From: an uncultured Pseudomonadota bacterium
Lineage (GTDB): Bacteria > Myxococcota_A > Polyangia > Fen-1088
Direction of reading: 5' to 3'
NCBI GenBank assembly: GCA_963774325.1
Contig: CAVZEF010000006.1
Span: 1,126,510-1,190,509 of the forward strand
DNA length: 64,000 nucleotides
In this document: positions 18,085-26,990 of the stretch, one piece after another
Layout: every line of letters starts with the position of its first letter
How positions within the stretch are numbered: position 1 is the stretch's first letter
Program-made: the position numbers and the translations under genes
Notes under the pieces: generated by a model
Seen by the model: the letters and a program-made list of their open reading frames with translations, nothing else
What the model was told of the DNA's origin: nothing
Databases searched by the model: none

Positions 18085-19821
18085 CTAGAACTCGAGCTCG
18101 CTCGCCGCCAGCAGCACGGCGCCGTAACCCTGCGGCACGTTGTCGCGCACGTAGGTGTAACGGCAATCGAGCGTCGGCGTCGTACCGGCCGGGATCTGCG
18201 CGGCGGTCCGGCACGTCGAAGGCGCCGGCGGCGTCCCCGTGCTGAGATCCGTGCGGAAATCGGCGTTGGTATAGGCGTTGTAAGTTCCGCCCACGCTCAT
18301 GCCGACGACCGTGCCGCGGATGTTGACCGAGCCGTCGGTGCCGATGTCGATGCGCGACTTCACGCCCGCCCAGCCCTTCTTGGCGACGGCGAGGTAGTCG
18401 CTGGAGATGAAGCCGAGTCGCACGGCCTTCGCGAGCGCGTACGAGAAGATGCCGCTCGACGACGTCTCGAGCCAGTTCGGCTGTCCCGGCTTGTCGGTCT
18501 CGCCGGCGTAGCCGCCGTTGGCCGGCGGCGGCGCGTCCATCTGATTGACGACCTGGTACCAGAGGCCGGTCGCCGGATCCTGGTAGGTCTTCAGCCCCTG
18601 CGCGATGTTGCTGACGACATCGAGCAGCGCCTGACGATCGGGATGATTCGCGGGCAGGTACTCGAGCACGTCGACGGTGCCGGCGAGGAACCAGGCGATC
18701 GATCGCGCCCACAGGATCGGCGAGACCACGGTGCCGGTCGGCACCGGAGTCTTCGACGGCAGGCCCAGGCCCAACCAGATGCCGTCGGTGGCGCCGTTCC
18801 ACGCGTGGAAGTAGAGCTTCGTCGCCGGATCGAAGGTGTGGCTGGCGAGGATCTTGATCTGCGTGGTCGCCGTGCTGAAGCAGTCGGTCGAGTCGCCGGC
18901 CAGCTGCGAGTCGGCGTAGAGCGCGCCGTAGCGGGTGATGAACGGCTCGGACATGTAGATCCCGTCGAGCCATTGCTGATTCGGGTAGGTCGGCTTGTGC
19001 CAGAACGCGCCCCCGGGGTTCTTCATGATGTTGTGGAAGTTCTGGCGCGTGTTGCTCATCGCCTTCAGGTAGCGCGCGTCGCTGGTCGCGGCGTACATGC
19101 CGAAGAGCAGGTTCGACGGCTGGATCACGTCCTGGACGGTCGGGTCGTTCGGCGCCAGCATCGTGCCGTCGGTGTTGAGCGGCCAGGGACGCCCGTAGCT
19201 GACGACGCCGTTGGCGTCGACGTAGCGATCGACGTACTTCTTCACGAAGGAGAGGTACTTCGCCTGTCCGGTCTTCTCGTACAGCTTCTGGATGCCGACC
19301 AGCGGGACGCCGTAGGTGTACTCCCAGAACTTGGGCGACGGGCCGGCCGGCACCGTCGGGAAGTTCAGGCTGAAGCAGTTGCTCGGCCCGGTGCAGTCGG
19401 CGGCGGTGTAGTCGAGCTCGGGCCACCGCGCCATCATGAAGTCGGCGGCGGTCACGCCGACGTTGCCCGGAACGAGCGGGCCGTGCGCCCCGTCGCAGGG
19501 CGCGCCGTCGGCGCCGCCCGTGTCAGCCTGCGCCATCCCGTCGCTCGCCGCGCCCGCGTCGGTCGCGGCGCCCGTGTCGGATGACGCACCGGCGTCCGTC
19601 ATTCCCGCGGTCGAGCCGCCTGCGCCACCAGCCACGGTGCCGCCGGCGCCGCCCTGCGCGCTCGTCCCACCCCCGGCTCCGCCGCTGCCGGTCGACCCTG
19701 GATCGTGGGTCGCACCGACCAGGCCGCCGCACCCCGCGAGCGCCAGGCTGACGAACGTCAGACTGTGAACGAGCCCGCGCGGGCGAAAGCAATGACGGAC
19801 GGGTGGCTCGAACTGGGGCAT
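18085..19821 (-). CDS. Glycoside hydrolase family 88/105-like (unsaturated rhamnogalacturonyl/glucuronyl hydrolase) lipoprotein
   Basis: Lies in ORF 18085..19995. The ATG at 19821 is preceded by AAGGAGG. The lipobox is VSLALAGC. A Gly/Ala/Thr linker follows. The YteR-like body reads WEYTYGVPLVGIQKLYEKTG...WLDGIYMSEPFITRYG...LWYQVVNQ...ETSSSGIFSYALAKAV. Confidence 0.75.
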   Translation of the reverse strand: MPQFEPPVRHCFRPRGLVHSLTFVSLALAGCGGLVGATHDPGSTGSGGAGGGTSAQGGAGGTVAGGAGGSTAGMTDAGASSDTGAATDAGAASDGMAQADTGGADGAPCDGAHGPLVPGNVGVTAADFMMARWPELDYTAADCTGPSNCFSLNFPTVPAGPSPKFWEYTYGVPLVGIQKLYEKTGQAKYLSFVKKYVDRYVDANGVVSYGRPWPLNTDGTMLAPNDPTVQDVIQPSNLLFGMYAATSDARYLKAMSNTRQNFHNIMKNPGGAFWHKPTYPNQQWLDGIYMSEPFITRYGALYADSQLAGDSTDCFSTATTQIKILASHTFDPATKLYFHAWNGATDGIWLGLGLPSKTPVPTGTVVSPILWARSIAWFLAGTVDVLEYLPANHPDRQALLDVVSNIAQGLKTYQDPATGLWYQVVNQMDAPPPANGGYAGETDKPGQPNWLETSSSGIFSYALAKAVRLGFISSDYLAVAKKGWAGVKSRIDIGTDGSVNIRGTVVGMSVGGTYNAYTNADFRTDLSTGTPPAPSTCRTAAQIPAGTTPTLDCRYTYVRDNVPQGYGAVLLAASELEF

Positions 19822-19894
19822 GCGATCCTCCTTTGCACGATGTCTCCGCCGGACGAGGCAGGATGGCCCCGGGGTAGACGACAATGGTTGGGGA

Positions 19895-19970
19895 CCGTCA
19901 TCGTAAATTAACGTATGGCAGCTTAATATTTTAAACGACACATAACAGTGATTTAGGGACGCAGGGCGCC
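19895..19970. promoter_or_regulatory. AT-rich divergent intergenic core between the GH105-like gene and czcA
   Basis: The local A/T-rich run CGTAAATTAACGTATGGCAGCTTAATATTTTAAACGACACATAACAGTGATTTAG sits in an otherwise GC-rich window. No specific boxes could be assigned. Confidence 0.3.
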
Positions 19971-20060
19971 GGCGGAGCGCGCTGGAGCGGTGCATCTGCC
20001 CACGGAACTTTCAGTCGACGGTGGGCTCCGGGCGGTGTTTGATGGCCGTCACACTTCCCG

Positions 20061-23000
20061 ATGCTCGATCGCCTCATCGACTTCGCCGTGCATCGCCGCG
20101 CCCTCGTGATGGTCGCCACGGTCGCGTTCGCGATCTTCGGCGTCATGACCCTCGGCAAGCTCAAGGTCGAGTCGTTCCCCGACGTGACCAACGTCCAGGT
20201 CATGGTGATCAGCCTCTACTCGGGGCAGGCCGCCGAGGAGGTCGAGCGCCAGGTGACCTTGCCGGTCGAGCGCGCGCTGGTCGGCGTCCCCAACGTCCTC
20301 ATCCAGCGTTCGATCACCTCGTTCGGGCTCTCGCAAGTGATCCTGACCTTCGAGGACGGCGTCGACATCTACTTCGCACGGCAGCAGGTGGCCGAGCGCC
20401 TGCCCGAGGCCGAGATGCCCCAGGGGGTCGAGCCGCACCTGGGGCCGAACGACACACCGGTGGGGCAGATCTTCCAGTACACGCTGGAGAGCAACCACCA
20501 CAACCCGAGCGAGCTGCGCAGCTGGCAGGACTGGGTGGTGTCGAAGCGCATGATGCGCACGCCCGGCGTCGCCGACGTGGTGAGCTTCGGCGGGTTTCAG
20601 AAGGAGTACCACGTGCTGGCCGACGGCGACCGCCTGCGCAGCAACGGCCTCACGCTGGACGAGCTGATTCGCGCGGTGGCGTCCTCGAATGGCGCGCGTT
20701 CAGGCGGCTACCTGCGCCGGGGCGAATCCGAGCTGGTGGTGCGCGGTCGCGGCTATCTGCGCGGAGCGGATGACATCGGGAACACCGTCGTGCGCACGCG
20801 GAGCGGCACGCCGGTCCTGGTGCGCAACGTGGCGCGCGTCGTCGAGGCGTACACGCCGCGTCGCGGCTCGGTGGCGCGCAACGACGCCGTCGAATCGGTC
20901 GAAGGAACCGTGCTGCTCCGGCGCGGCGAGAACCCGCGCACCGTGCTTCTGGCGCTGCACGACGTGGTCGACGAGATCAACGGCGAGCTCCCGGCCGGGA
21001 TGCGCATCGTCACCTTCTACGATCGCACGCGCCTGGTCGACACCACGTTGAAGACGGTGTCGCACAACATGCTCGAGGGCATCGTCCTGGTCAGCGCCGT
21101 GATCTGGCTCTTTCTGCGCGCGTTCGTCGGATCGTTCGCCGTGTCGCTGACCATGCCGCTGGCGCTCCTGGCGGCCTTCGTCGGGCTCTATTACGCGGGC
21201 GTCCCCGCCAATCTGCTGTCGATGGGCGCGATCGACTTCGGGATCCTGCTCGAGGGGGCGGTGATCCTGGTCGAGAACGCCTACCGCCGTCTGGCGCAGG
21301 AGCGGCCGCCACCCGAGAGCGTGCCCCATGTCGTCGCCGAGGCGGCCAAGGAGGTCGTGCGCCCGACGCTGTTCTCGATGGCGATCATCGGCGCCGCGAT
21401 GATGCCCATCTTCACCCTGGAGCGCGTCGAGGGCCGCATCTTCAGGCCGGTCGCGCTGACCTACGCGTTCGCCCTCGGCGGCGCTTTGCTGTTCACGCTG
21501 ACCTGCGTCCCGGCGGTCACGGCGGCCCTGCTCAAGCACCGCCCGGTGCGCGAGGTCGAGCCGGCTTTTCTCCACTGGCTGCGCATCGGCTACCAGCGCG
21601 CGCTGCGGGTCACGCTGCGGTGGCCCGGGCTGACGGCGCTGTCGTCGCTGCCGCTGATCGCGCTGGCGCTGGTGTTGATGTCGCGCCTCGGCTCGGAGTT
21701 CCTGCCGACCATGAACGAGGGCGACATCCACGTCACCGTCACCATGCCGTCGGCGATCTCGCTCGAAAACGGCGGCGAGATCCTGCGCGAGATCCGGATG
21801 GCCCTGCTCACCTTCCCCGAGGTCAACGAGGTTCTGTCGGAGCAGGGACACCCGGAGGACGGCACCGACGACGAGGCGCCCAGCCAGGCCGAGACGTTCG
21901 TCATCATGCGGCCGCAGAGCCAGTGGCGGACCGGGCGCACCAGCGAGCAGGTGGTGAGCGCCATGCGGGAGTTGCTGCAGCGTCGCCCCGGCGTCGAGTT
22001 CAACTTCAGCCAGCCGATCAAGGACCGCGTCGAGGAGTCGATCTCGGGCATCCGCGGCCAGGTCGTGGTCAAGATCTACGGCGAAGACCTGGGCCTCCTG
22101 CAGGAGGAGCTGCTGCAGGTGAAGGCCATCCTGCGCTCGATCCGCGGCGCGCGCGACGTCGACATCTACCGCGCCGGCAACGCGCAGCACCTGGTCGCCG
22201 ACATCGACCGCGAGGCCGCCTCGCGCTACGGCCTGCCGGTGAGCGAGATCGAGGACAGCATCGAGACCGCATTCGGCGGCCACGTCGCCACGGAGATCTG
22301 GGAGGGCGAGCGCAAGGTCGGCGTGCGCGTCCGTCTGCCGGCCCCCGCCGGAGGTGACACCCACACGCTCGGGCGGCTGGAGATCCCGGCGGGCGAGGCG
22401 CGCCTGCAGCTGGCGGCGCTGGCCCAGATCCGGATCGAGAGCGGGCGCACGCAGATCAATCGCGAGCAGGGGCAGCGGTTCCTGGCGCTGAAGTGCAACA
22501 TCGAGGGACGCGACATGGGCAGCTTCGTCGCGGAGGCACAGGCACGCGTCGGCAAGACCGTCCACCTGCCCGAGGGGTACCGGCTGACGTGGGGCGGCGA
22601 GTTCGAGAACCAGCGCCGCGCGATGAAGCGGCTGCAAGTCATCGTGCCGTTGTCGGTGCTGCTGATCTTCTTCCTGCTCTTCATGACGTTCCGGAGCGCG
22701 CTGCCCGCGGTCGTCGTGCTGCTCGACATTCCGTTCGCGGTCGTGGGCGGAATCTTCGCGCTCTACGTCACTCACACCGACCTTTCGGTATCGTCGGCGG
22801 TCGGGTTCATCACGCTGTTCGGCGTCTCGGTGATGAACGGCGTGCTCATCGTGACCTACCTGCGGCGCGCCTCGGCGGCCCCGGGCGCGACCGAGGAGTC
22901 GATCCTGCGCACGGTCTCGGGGCGCATCCGTCCGGTGCTGATGACCGCGCTGCCCGCGTCCGTCGGCCTGTTGCCGGCGGCGCTGGCGCACAGCATCGGC

Positions 23001-23159
23001 TCCGACACGCAGCGGCCGTTCGCGATCGTCATCGTCGGAGGATTGCTCCCGGCGACGCTGCTCACCATGCTGCTCTTGCCGGCGTTCTATCAGCTGGCCG
23101 ATCGCTGGTTCGGCAGCGGCTGGCGAAAGCGCCACCCGGCGCCCGATGAGCTGCCGTGA
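20061..23159 (+). CDS. czcA: CzcA/CusA-family heavy-metal-efflux RND permease
   Basis: 1032 aa and intact. The N-terminus is MLDRLIDFAVHRRALVMVATVAFAIFGVMTLGKLKVESFPDVTNVQV. The TM4 motif reads AIDFGILLEGAVILVENAYR. The architecture is 12 TM with two large loops. Confidence 0.9.
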   Translation: MLDRLIDFAVHRRALVMVATVAFAIFGVMTLGKLKVESFPDVTNVQVMVISLYSGQAAEEVERQVTLPVERALVGVPNVLIQRSITSFGLSQVILTFEDGVDIYFARQQVAERLPEAEMPQGVEPHLGPNDTPVGQIFQYTLESNHHNPSELRSWQDWVVSKRMMRTPGVADVVSFGGFQKEYHVLADGDRLRSNGLTLDELIRAVASSNGARSGGYLRRGESELVVRGRGYLRGADDIGNTVVRTRSGTPVLVRNVARVVEAYTPRRGSVARNDAVESVEGTVLLRRGENPRTVLLALHDVVDEINGELPAGMRIVTFYDRTRLVDTTLKTVSHNMLEGIVLVSAVIWLFLRAFVGSFAVSLTMPLALLAAFVGLYYAGVPANLLSMGAIDFGILLEGAVILVENAYRRLAQERPPPESVPHVVAEAAKEVVRPTLFSMAIIGAAMMPIFTLERVEGRIFRPVALTYAFALGGALLFTLTCVPAVTAALLKHRPVREVEPAFLHWLRIGYQRALRVTLRWPGLTALSSLPLIALALVLMSRLGSEFLPTMNEGDIHVTVTMPSAISLENGGEILREIRMALLTFPEVNEVLSEQGHPEDGTDDEAPSQAETFVIMRPQSQWRTGRTSEQVVSAMRELLQRRPGVEFNFSQPIKDRVEESISGIRGQVVVKIYGEDLGLLQEELLQVKAILRSIRGARDVDIYRAGNAQHLVADIDREAASRYGLPVSEIEDSIETAFGGHVATEIWEGERKVGVRVRLPAPAGGDTHTLGRLEIPAGEARLQLAALAQIRIESGRTQINREQGQRFLALKCNIEGRDMGSFVAEAQARVGKTVHLPEGYRLTWGGEFENQRRAMKRLQVIVPLSVLLIFFLLFMTFRSALPAVVVLLDIPFAVVGGIFALYVTHTDLSVSSAVGFITLFGVSVMNGVLIVTYLRRASAAPGATEESILRTVSGRIRPVLMTALPASVGLLPAALAHSIGSDTQRPFAIVIVGGLLPATLLTMLLLPAFYQLADRWFGSGWRKRHPAPDELP

Positions 23160-23417
23160 TGTGCCAGCCGGCACCTGGCGTCGGCCCTGCCCCAGGATGC
23201 CTTCCTCGAGCCTTTCCGGCTCGTCGACTTCGACGTCAAGGCCGCCGATCGCTACGCCACCATCCGCGCTCACCTCGCGCGCGCCGGACGCCAGAGCGGC
23301 GACCGCGACCTCATGATCGCCTCCATTGCCCTGGCCAACCGGATGACCGTCGTGACGAGCAACGCCGCCGAGTTCGTGCGCGTACCTGGACTGGCGGTCG
23401 AGGACTGGATGGAGTAG
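23160..23417 (+). pseudogene. C-terminal remnant of a PIN-domain VapC toxin
   Basis: This frame opens immediately after the czcA TGA and is the same frame as czcA. It reads ...LPQDAFLEPFRLVDFDVKAADRYATIRAHLARAGRQSGDRDLMIASIALANRMTVVTSNAAEFVRVPGLAVEDWME-stop. There is no start codon, no N-terminal PIN half and no vapB. Confidence 0.7.
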
Positions 23418-23508
23418 CAGCCGCCGGGCCTGCAGCGCGACTCGACCCGGAACGCCGCGGTGTACACCCGTTGCTCAACCTCCACGGGTTCGTTTGGACA
23501 GCGCACCC

Positions 23509-23826
23509 CTATGTGTCACGCGCGAAGTCCGATCTCTTCAGCCCACAATTCGCACAGCTGCCGGTGTAGCCCCAGTTTCCGTCGCCGTGGAAGCTTCTGC
23601 CACAGCGGGGGCATCGCCACGATGATTGCCACATCCCGGCAGCACCGATACCGGCGAAGACGACCATCGAAAAGGCAATGGCGGGCCATCCGAATCCGGC
23701 GAGAGAGCCCACGAGCAAGGTCCCCGGGATCCAGAGGATCATCGAGACCCACAACGTCAGGCAACGGACGCGGTAGTTGCGCCACGCATTCCCCCGCGCC
23801 TCGTCCGCCGGCCGATCCGTTCGCAT
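23509..23826 (-). CDS. Small membrane protein with C-terminal zinc-ribbon (CPRCG...CANCG)
   Basis: Lies in ORF 23509..23838, with an ATG at 23826. It has two TM-like segments (CLTLWVSMILWIPGTLLVGSL, WPAIAFSMVVFAGIGAAGMW) and then WRCPRCGRSFHGDGNWGYTGSCANCG. Confidence 0.45.
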   Translation of the reverse strand: MRTDRPADEARGNAWRNYRVRCLTLWVSMILWIPGTLLVGSLAGFGWPAIAFSMVVFAGIGAAGMWQSSWRCPRCGRSFHGDGNWGYTGSCANCGLKRSDFARDT

Positions 23827-23836
23827 TGGTCTGTCC

Positions 23837-23864
23837 AACGATACTGCCGTTCAGCGGCGGACGC
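23837..23864. repeat. Direct repeat copy A (AACGATACTGCCGTTCAGCGGCGGACGC)
   Basis: Matches 26963-26990 at 26 of 28 positions by hand alignment. The two copies are 3126 bp apart. Confidence 0.7.
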
Positions 23865-24064
23865 GAAGAGGAGCGCAGCGACCGACCCGTTCGTCCGACT
23901 GCAACGGCGGGTTGGCCACGGGTTAGCCGGTGGCCTCCCAATGCTCGCAGTATCGAAGGGCCTCGCCGCCGAGCAATCGCCTCAGCCGACATCACCTCGT
24001 CCGAACCCGCAACGACCACATTGAGCAACTCGGCAAGGAGCGGCCAGGACCCGGACGCGACCTC

Positions 24065-24092
24065 GCTGCGGCCGCTCCGCTGCGGCCGCTCC
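24065..24092. repeat. Tandem 14-bp duplication GCTGCGGCCGCTCC x2
   Basis: Read directly. The two copies are perfect and adjacent. Confidence 0.85.
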
Positions 24093-24214
24093 CAGGTTGA
24101 TTTCCGAGCGAGCTCGCTCCCACGTGTGGCACGGATCGTGTCTGGACCAGCGGACGAACGGACACGCCTAAGCCGTTGATTCCTGGTCGCTACCCGTCCG
24201 GATTCGGGACAGTG

Positions 24215-24237
24215 GCCGTCCGGACGGACGGCTTTTT
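24215..24237 (+). terminator. Orphan terminator-like hairpin plus T-run
   Basis: GCCGTCC-GGAC-GGACGGC is followed by TTTTT. No convincing plus-strand gene lies upstream. Confidence 0.35.
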
Positions 24238-24240
24238 CGT

Positions 24241-24327
24241 GCGACCGCCTCGGAGATCAACCTCGGTGCGGCGTTGCGCGACCGCCTCGGAGATCAACCT
24301 CGGTGCGGCGTTGGGGGTGCGGCGTTG
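24241..24327. repeat. Tandem repeat: 36-nt unit x2 (period 37) plus partial third copy and GCGTTGG microrepeats
   Basis: GCGACCGCCTCGGAGATCAACCTCGGTGCGGCGTTG occurs at 24241-24276 and identically at 24278-24313. The last 11 nt recur at 24317-24327. GCGTTGG-like units follow to about 24345. Confidence 0.9.
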
Positions 24328-24364
24328 GCGTTGGGCGTTGGGTTGGAGCTGCTGTGATGTTTGC

Positions 24365-24847
24365 TCAGCCTCGCTGACGTTCCTGCAGCAGGGCTTCGAG
24401 CTCGGCAATCGCTTCGAGGTCCTTGGGACGCCCGGCAGCGCGTTTGACGTCGATGAGCTTCGGAAGGTCGAGGCAAAGGACGCGAAGGCCGAACAGCTCC
24501 AGCTCCGTGGAATGCGCGGAGATATCTTCGAACTTGCCGCCGCCCGTGATCTCGCCAAGGAGGTCGATGTCGCCTAGCGATGTCGTCAACGTGAAGTTGA
24601 GACCGCGCGCGAGTGTGCGCTCGTCGAAACGGAACGGAAGGCCTGGCGGGGCGCCACGCAGATAGGGTGCGTGGGCCGCAAGCGCCTGGGCCAGACGTCG
24701 GAGGTTCTCTGGATCGCGGGCGTAGACGATGTCCAGATCCTGGGTCAATCGAGCCGCTCCGTGCGCCGTCGCGGCGGCGCCGCCCACGATGACGAATCGC
24801 ACACCGGCATGGACCAGCGTTCCGAGCGCGGCCTTGAAGTCCGTCAT
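24365..24847 (-). CDS. Minimal nucleotidyltransferase-fold protein (putative toxin-antitoxin-type NTase)
   Basis: 160 aa. VRFVIVGGAAATAHGAARLTQDLDIVY fits the hGG...DhD minimal NTase signature. The C-terminus reads LIDVKRAAGRPKDLEAIAELEAL. Its ATG overlaps the upstream stop (ATGA at 24844-24847). Confidence 0.7.
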   Translation of the reverse strand: MTDFKAALGTLVHAGVRFVIVGGAAATAHGAARLTQDLDIVYARDPENLRRLAQALAAHAPYLRGAPPGLPFRFDERTLARGLNFTLTTSLGDIDLLGEITGGGKFEDISAHSTELELFGLRVLCLDLPKLIDVKRAAGRPKDLEAIAELEALLQERQRG

Positions 24848-25047
24848 TTCTTAGCGGGATGGGCGGCCGCGCCGGCGCGACGAAGCTCCTCGGCGAACCG
24901 CTGAAGCTCCATGAGCTGAAGCAAGCGTTCTTCGGGCGTCAAAAGGAGATTTCGTCGTAGCAGGGAACGGTCGACGTCGCGTTTGTATGCCTCGATGACG
25001 GGATCAGGCTCGATCGGGAAAGATGGGGATGCCGGAGACATCTGCAT
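24844..25047 (-). CDS. Small helical partner protein of the NTase
   Basis: 67 aa, ...IEAYKRDVDRSLLRRNLLLTPEERLLQLMELQRFAEELRRAG. It is translationally coupled to the NTase gene. Confidence 0.55.
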   Translation of the reverse strand: MQMSPASPSFPIEPDPVIEAYKRDVDRSLLRRNLLLTPEERLLQLMELQRFAEELRRAGAAAHPAKK

Positions 25048-25469
25048 TACAACATAGCCCCCTCCTCGATCGACGTCGAGGAAGGTGGACCGCAGTGTCC
25101 GCGACAGTCATCGAGGTGCGCCCCTTTCTCTTGATGAGGCCGACTTGGGCGGCGCCGGACGAGAGTCCGAGATACGCGCCGGGCACTCGTCCTCTGGCCG
25201 GGCGCCCGAAAGTATCGACCCTGCTAGCCGAGTCCGTCGAGAATTGTGGCATGCCGTGTGGAGCATGCGGAGCGCCGCTGAGTGTGACAGATACCGCTTG
25301 TGCGGCTTGTGGATCGCCAGACAGATCTGTCGGCCCTACAGGGACGCCGCCCACGTGGAGCTAGGGACTTTTCGATCCGTGATCGCTTCGAGTCGTCACC
25401 GGGACGGCACGGTTGCCCTTTCGCTCGAAAGCCGCTTCGTCCCGGGCAGACTCAGCGAACTGAGAGTGT

Positions 25470-25925
25470 GTGAGACGCTGGTCGCTAGACTTCGCCTTGA
25501 CGGAGCGCAACTCGGGTGCTCCCCGTCGGCCTCTCAGACCCGACGGGAAGCCAGACGAGCATCATCCGGCGGACTGCTTGGTCGACGTCAGCGGTCAAGT
25601 CCAAGTGCTTCAAATCCAGGTCGTGACGCCCGTTTTGGCGGGCAAGTTTTTTCACGATCTCAGGAACGACGGACGAGTTGCGTTGCTTCAGTCGGTAAAG
25701 GATTGGGCGGACGCGTTAGGTGCTGCAATAGGACAGAAATGCCGGAAACGCTACGATGGCCAGGAATCAATCATTTTGGCCATGGCGGCGGACCAAGTCG
25801 AAGTCATCTCCTGGCCCGAAATCATCTCGGCATATCCCGATCAATACGAGAATCCAGCGCGCTCCAAATTTCAGTCGATTTGGATCGTCGGTCCGTCTGT
25901 AGAGTCGTGCATCCGCCTCGCGTAG
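25470..25925 (+). CDS. Hypothetical protein in the lower-GC patch; start uncertain, possibly a gene remnant
   Basis: The composition is protein-like (...KFFHDLRNDGRVALLQSVKDWADALGAAIGQKCRKRYDGQESIILAMAADQVEVISWPEIISAYPDQYENPARSKFQSIWIVGPS). There is no ATG near the 5' end and no family is recognised. Confidence 0.35.
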   Translation: MRRWSLDFALTERNSGAPRRPLRPDGKPDEHHPADCLVDVSGQVQVLQIQVVTPVLAGKFFHDLRNDGRVALLQSVKDWADALGAAIGQKCRKRYDGQESIILAMAADQVEVISWPEIISAYPDQYENPARSKFQSIWIVGPSVESCIRLA

Positions 25926-26035
25926 ACGAGAGAGTTGGCAAGTACGTCATCACCGCGCGCGGTTGATTTTCCTCGCAACATCGTCGCGCACAGCGATGTC
26001 TGGACGGTTCACGGAAGTCGAGATAGCGTCGCGCA

Positions 26036-26686
26036 ATGCTCGTACCCTCCCGTGCGTGTGCTTGCTTCCTGCTGCTCATCGGTTGCAGTGCGCCCGCCGC
26101 TGGCGGCGCGACGAGTGGCGCTCCATGGGATGGCGACAGCCCACCCAACTCGATCGATGACTTGTTCGCCAACGAGAAGGTGACGCAAGCGCTGGCCGAG
26201 TACGCCGACCAGCGTAAGGCCACCAACACCGAGGCTTGCGTGTTCGGCCACTTCACAGGTTGGGAGCAGCCAACAAGCGCCGTCGGCACTTGGACGACCA
26301 CGCAGTGCTTCGAAATCAATAGCAATGACGGCGTCGGCGTCGGTGACGCCTGTAGCGGCAAGGTCAGCTACGCCAACCAAACTGCAGACAACCGCATCGA
26401 GCAAGTGAACACTGGCGGAGTTTCGATGGGCGAAGGGGCCGGCTTCATTCTTGGCGCCGTGTCCGGGCCGATTCATTGGCTGGAGATCGCGCAATGGAAC
26501 CACGCGACGGGCGCAGGTTGCGCCCAGAACGTGGTGAATTTTCTGGAGTTCGATCAGAACACCGACCCCAGCCTGAACATGGGTCGCTGGGTCTCGTGTG
26601 TCTTCACCGTGGTTTTGGACTCCGCGGGTTGCGTCGCCGATCCGTGGTGGAAAGAGTCCGAAGGCTACGAGACATTCGCTCCCTGA
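26036..26686 (+). CDS. Lipoprotein of unknown function
   Basis: The lipobox is canonical (MLVPSRACACFLLLIGC). The body is mixed, Cys-containing and 216 aa long. Base composition is A/T-richer than the core genes. Confidence 0.6.
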   Translation: MLVPSRACACFLLLIGCSAPAAGGATSGAPWDGDSPPNSIDDLFANEKVTQALAEYADQRKATNTEACVFGHFTGWEQPTSAVGTWTTTQCFEINSNDGVGVGDACSGKVSYANQTADNRIEQVNTGGVSMGEGAGFILGAVSGPIHWLEIAQWNHATGAGCAQNVVNFLEFDQNTDPSLNMGRWVSCVFTVVLDSAGCVADPWWKESEGYETFAP

Positions 26687-26962
26687 GCTGCCCCCCCACT
26701 CGTGCGCGAGCAGAATCACTGGTGGCGTATCGTATGCGTCGACTCGAATAACGACCGGCCGGCCAGAGGAATGTGGAAAGCGCTTCGCTAGGTGCCCGTC
26801 CACCGCGGCGTCGAACTAGTCATAGAGGCGATGTTGGATCACGCGAAGGTGGGTCGTTGCGTCCGATCTCCATGGCCCTTGCTCGACCAGTCGAGCACGA
26901 ACGTGCCGTCGGGTCTTTCGGTGATGAGGTCGAACGTAACTGGGGGCGTCGTCCGGCCGCCT

Positions 26963-26990
26963 AACGATACTGCCGTCCAGCGGCGGGCGC
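26963..26990. repeat. Direct repeat copy B (AACGATACTGCCGTCCAGCGGCGGGCGC)
   Basis: Partner of 23837-23864. It lies 40 nt beyond the 3' end of tRNA-Gly. Confidence 0.7.

Noticed and set aside
19822-20060. Riboswitch or metal-sensing leader upstream of czcA
   Set aside because: I could recognise no conserved riboswitch core by eye. Only an A/T-rich stretch is present. This needs a covariance-model search before any claim.
20700-23273. 857-aa minus-strand ORF opposite czcA
   Set aside because: It is an antisense artefact. The czcA frame is clearly a 12-TM RND permease.
24241-24345. Possible CRISPR array
   Set aside because: The repeats are directly tandem with a 1-nt spacer. There are no unique spacers and no cas genes in the window.
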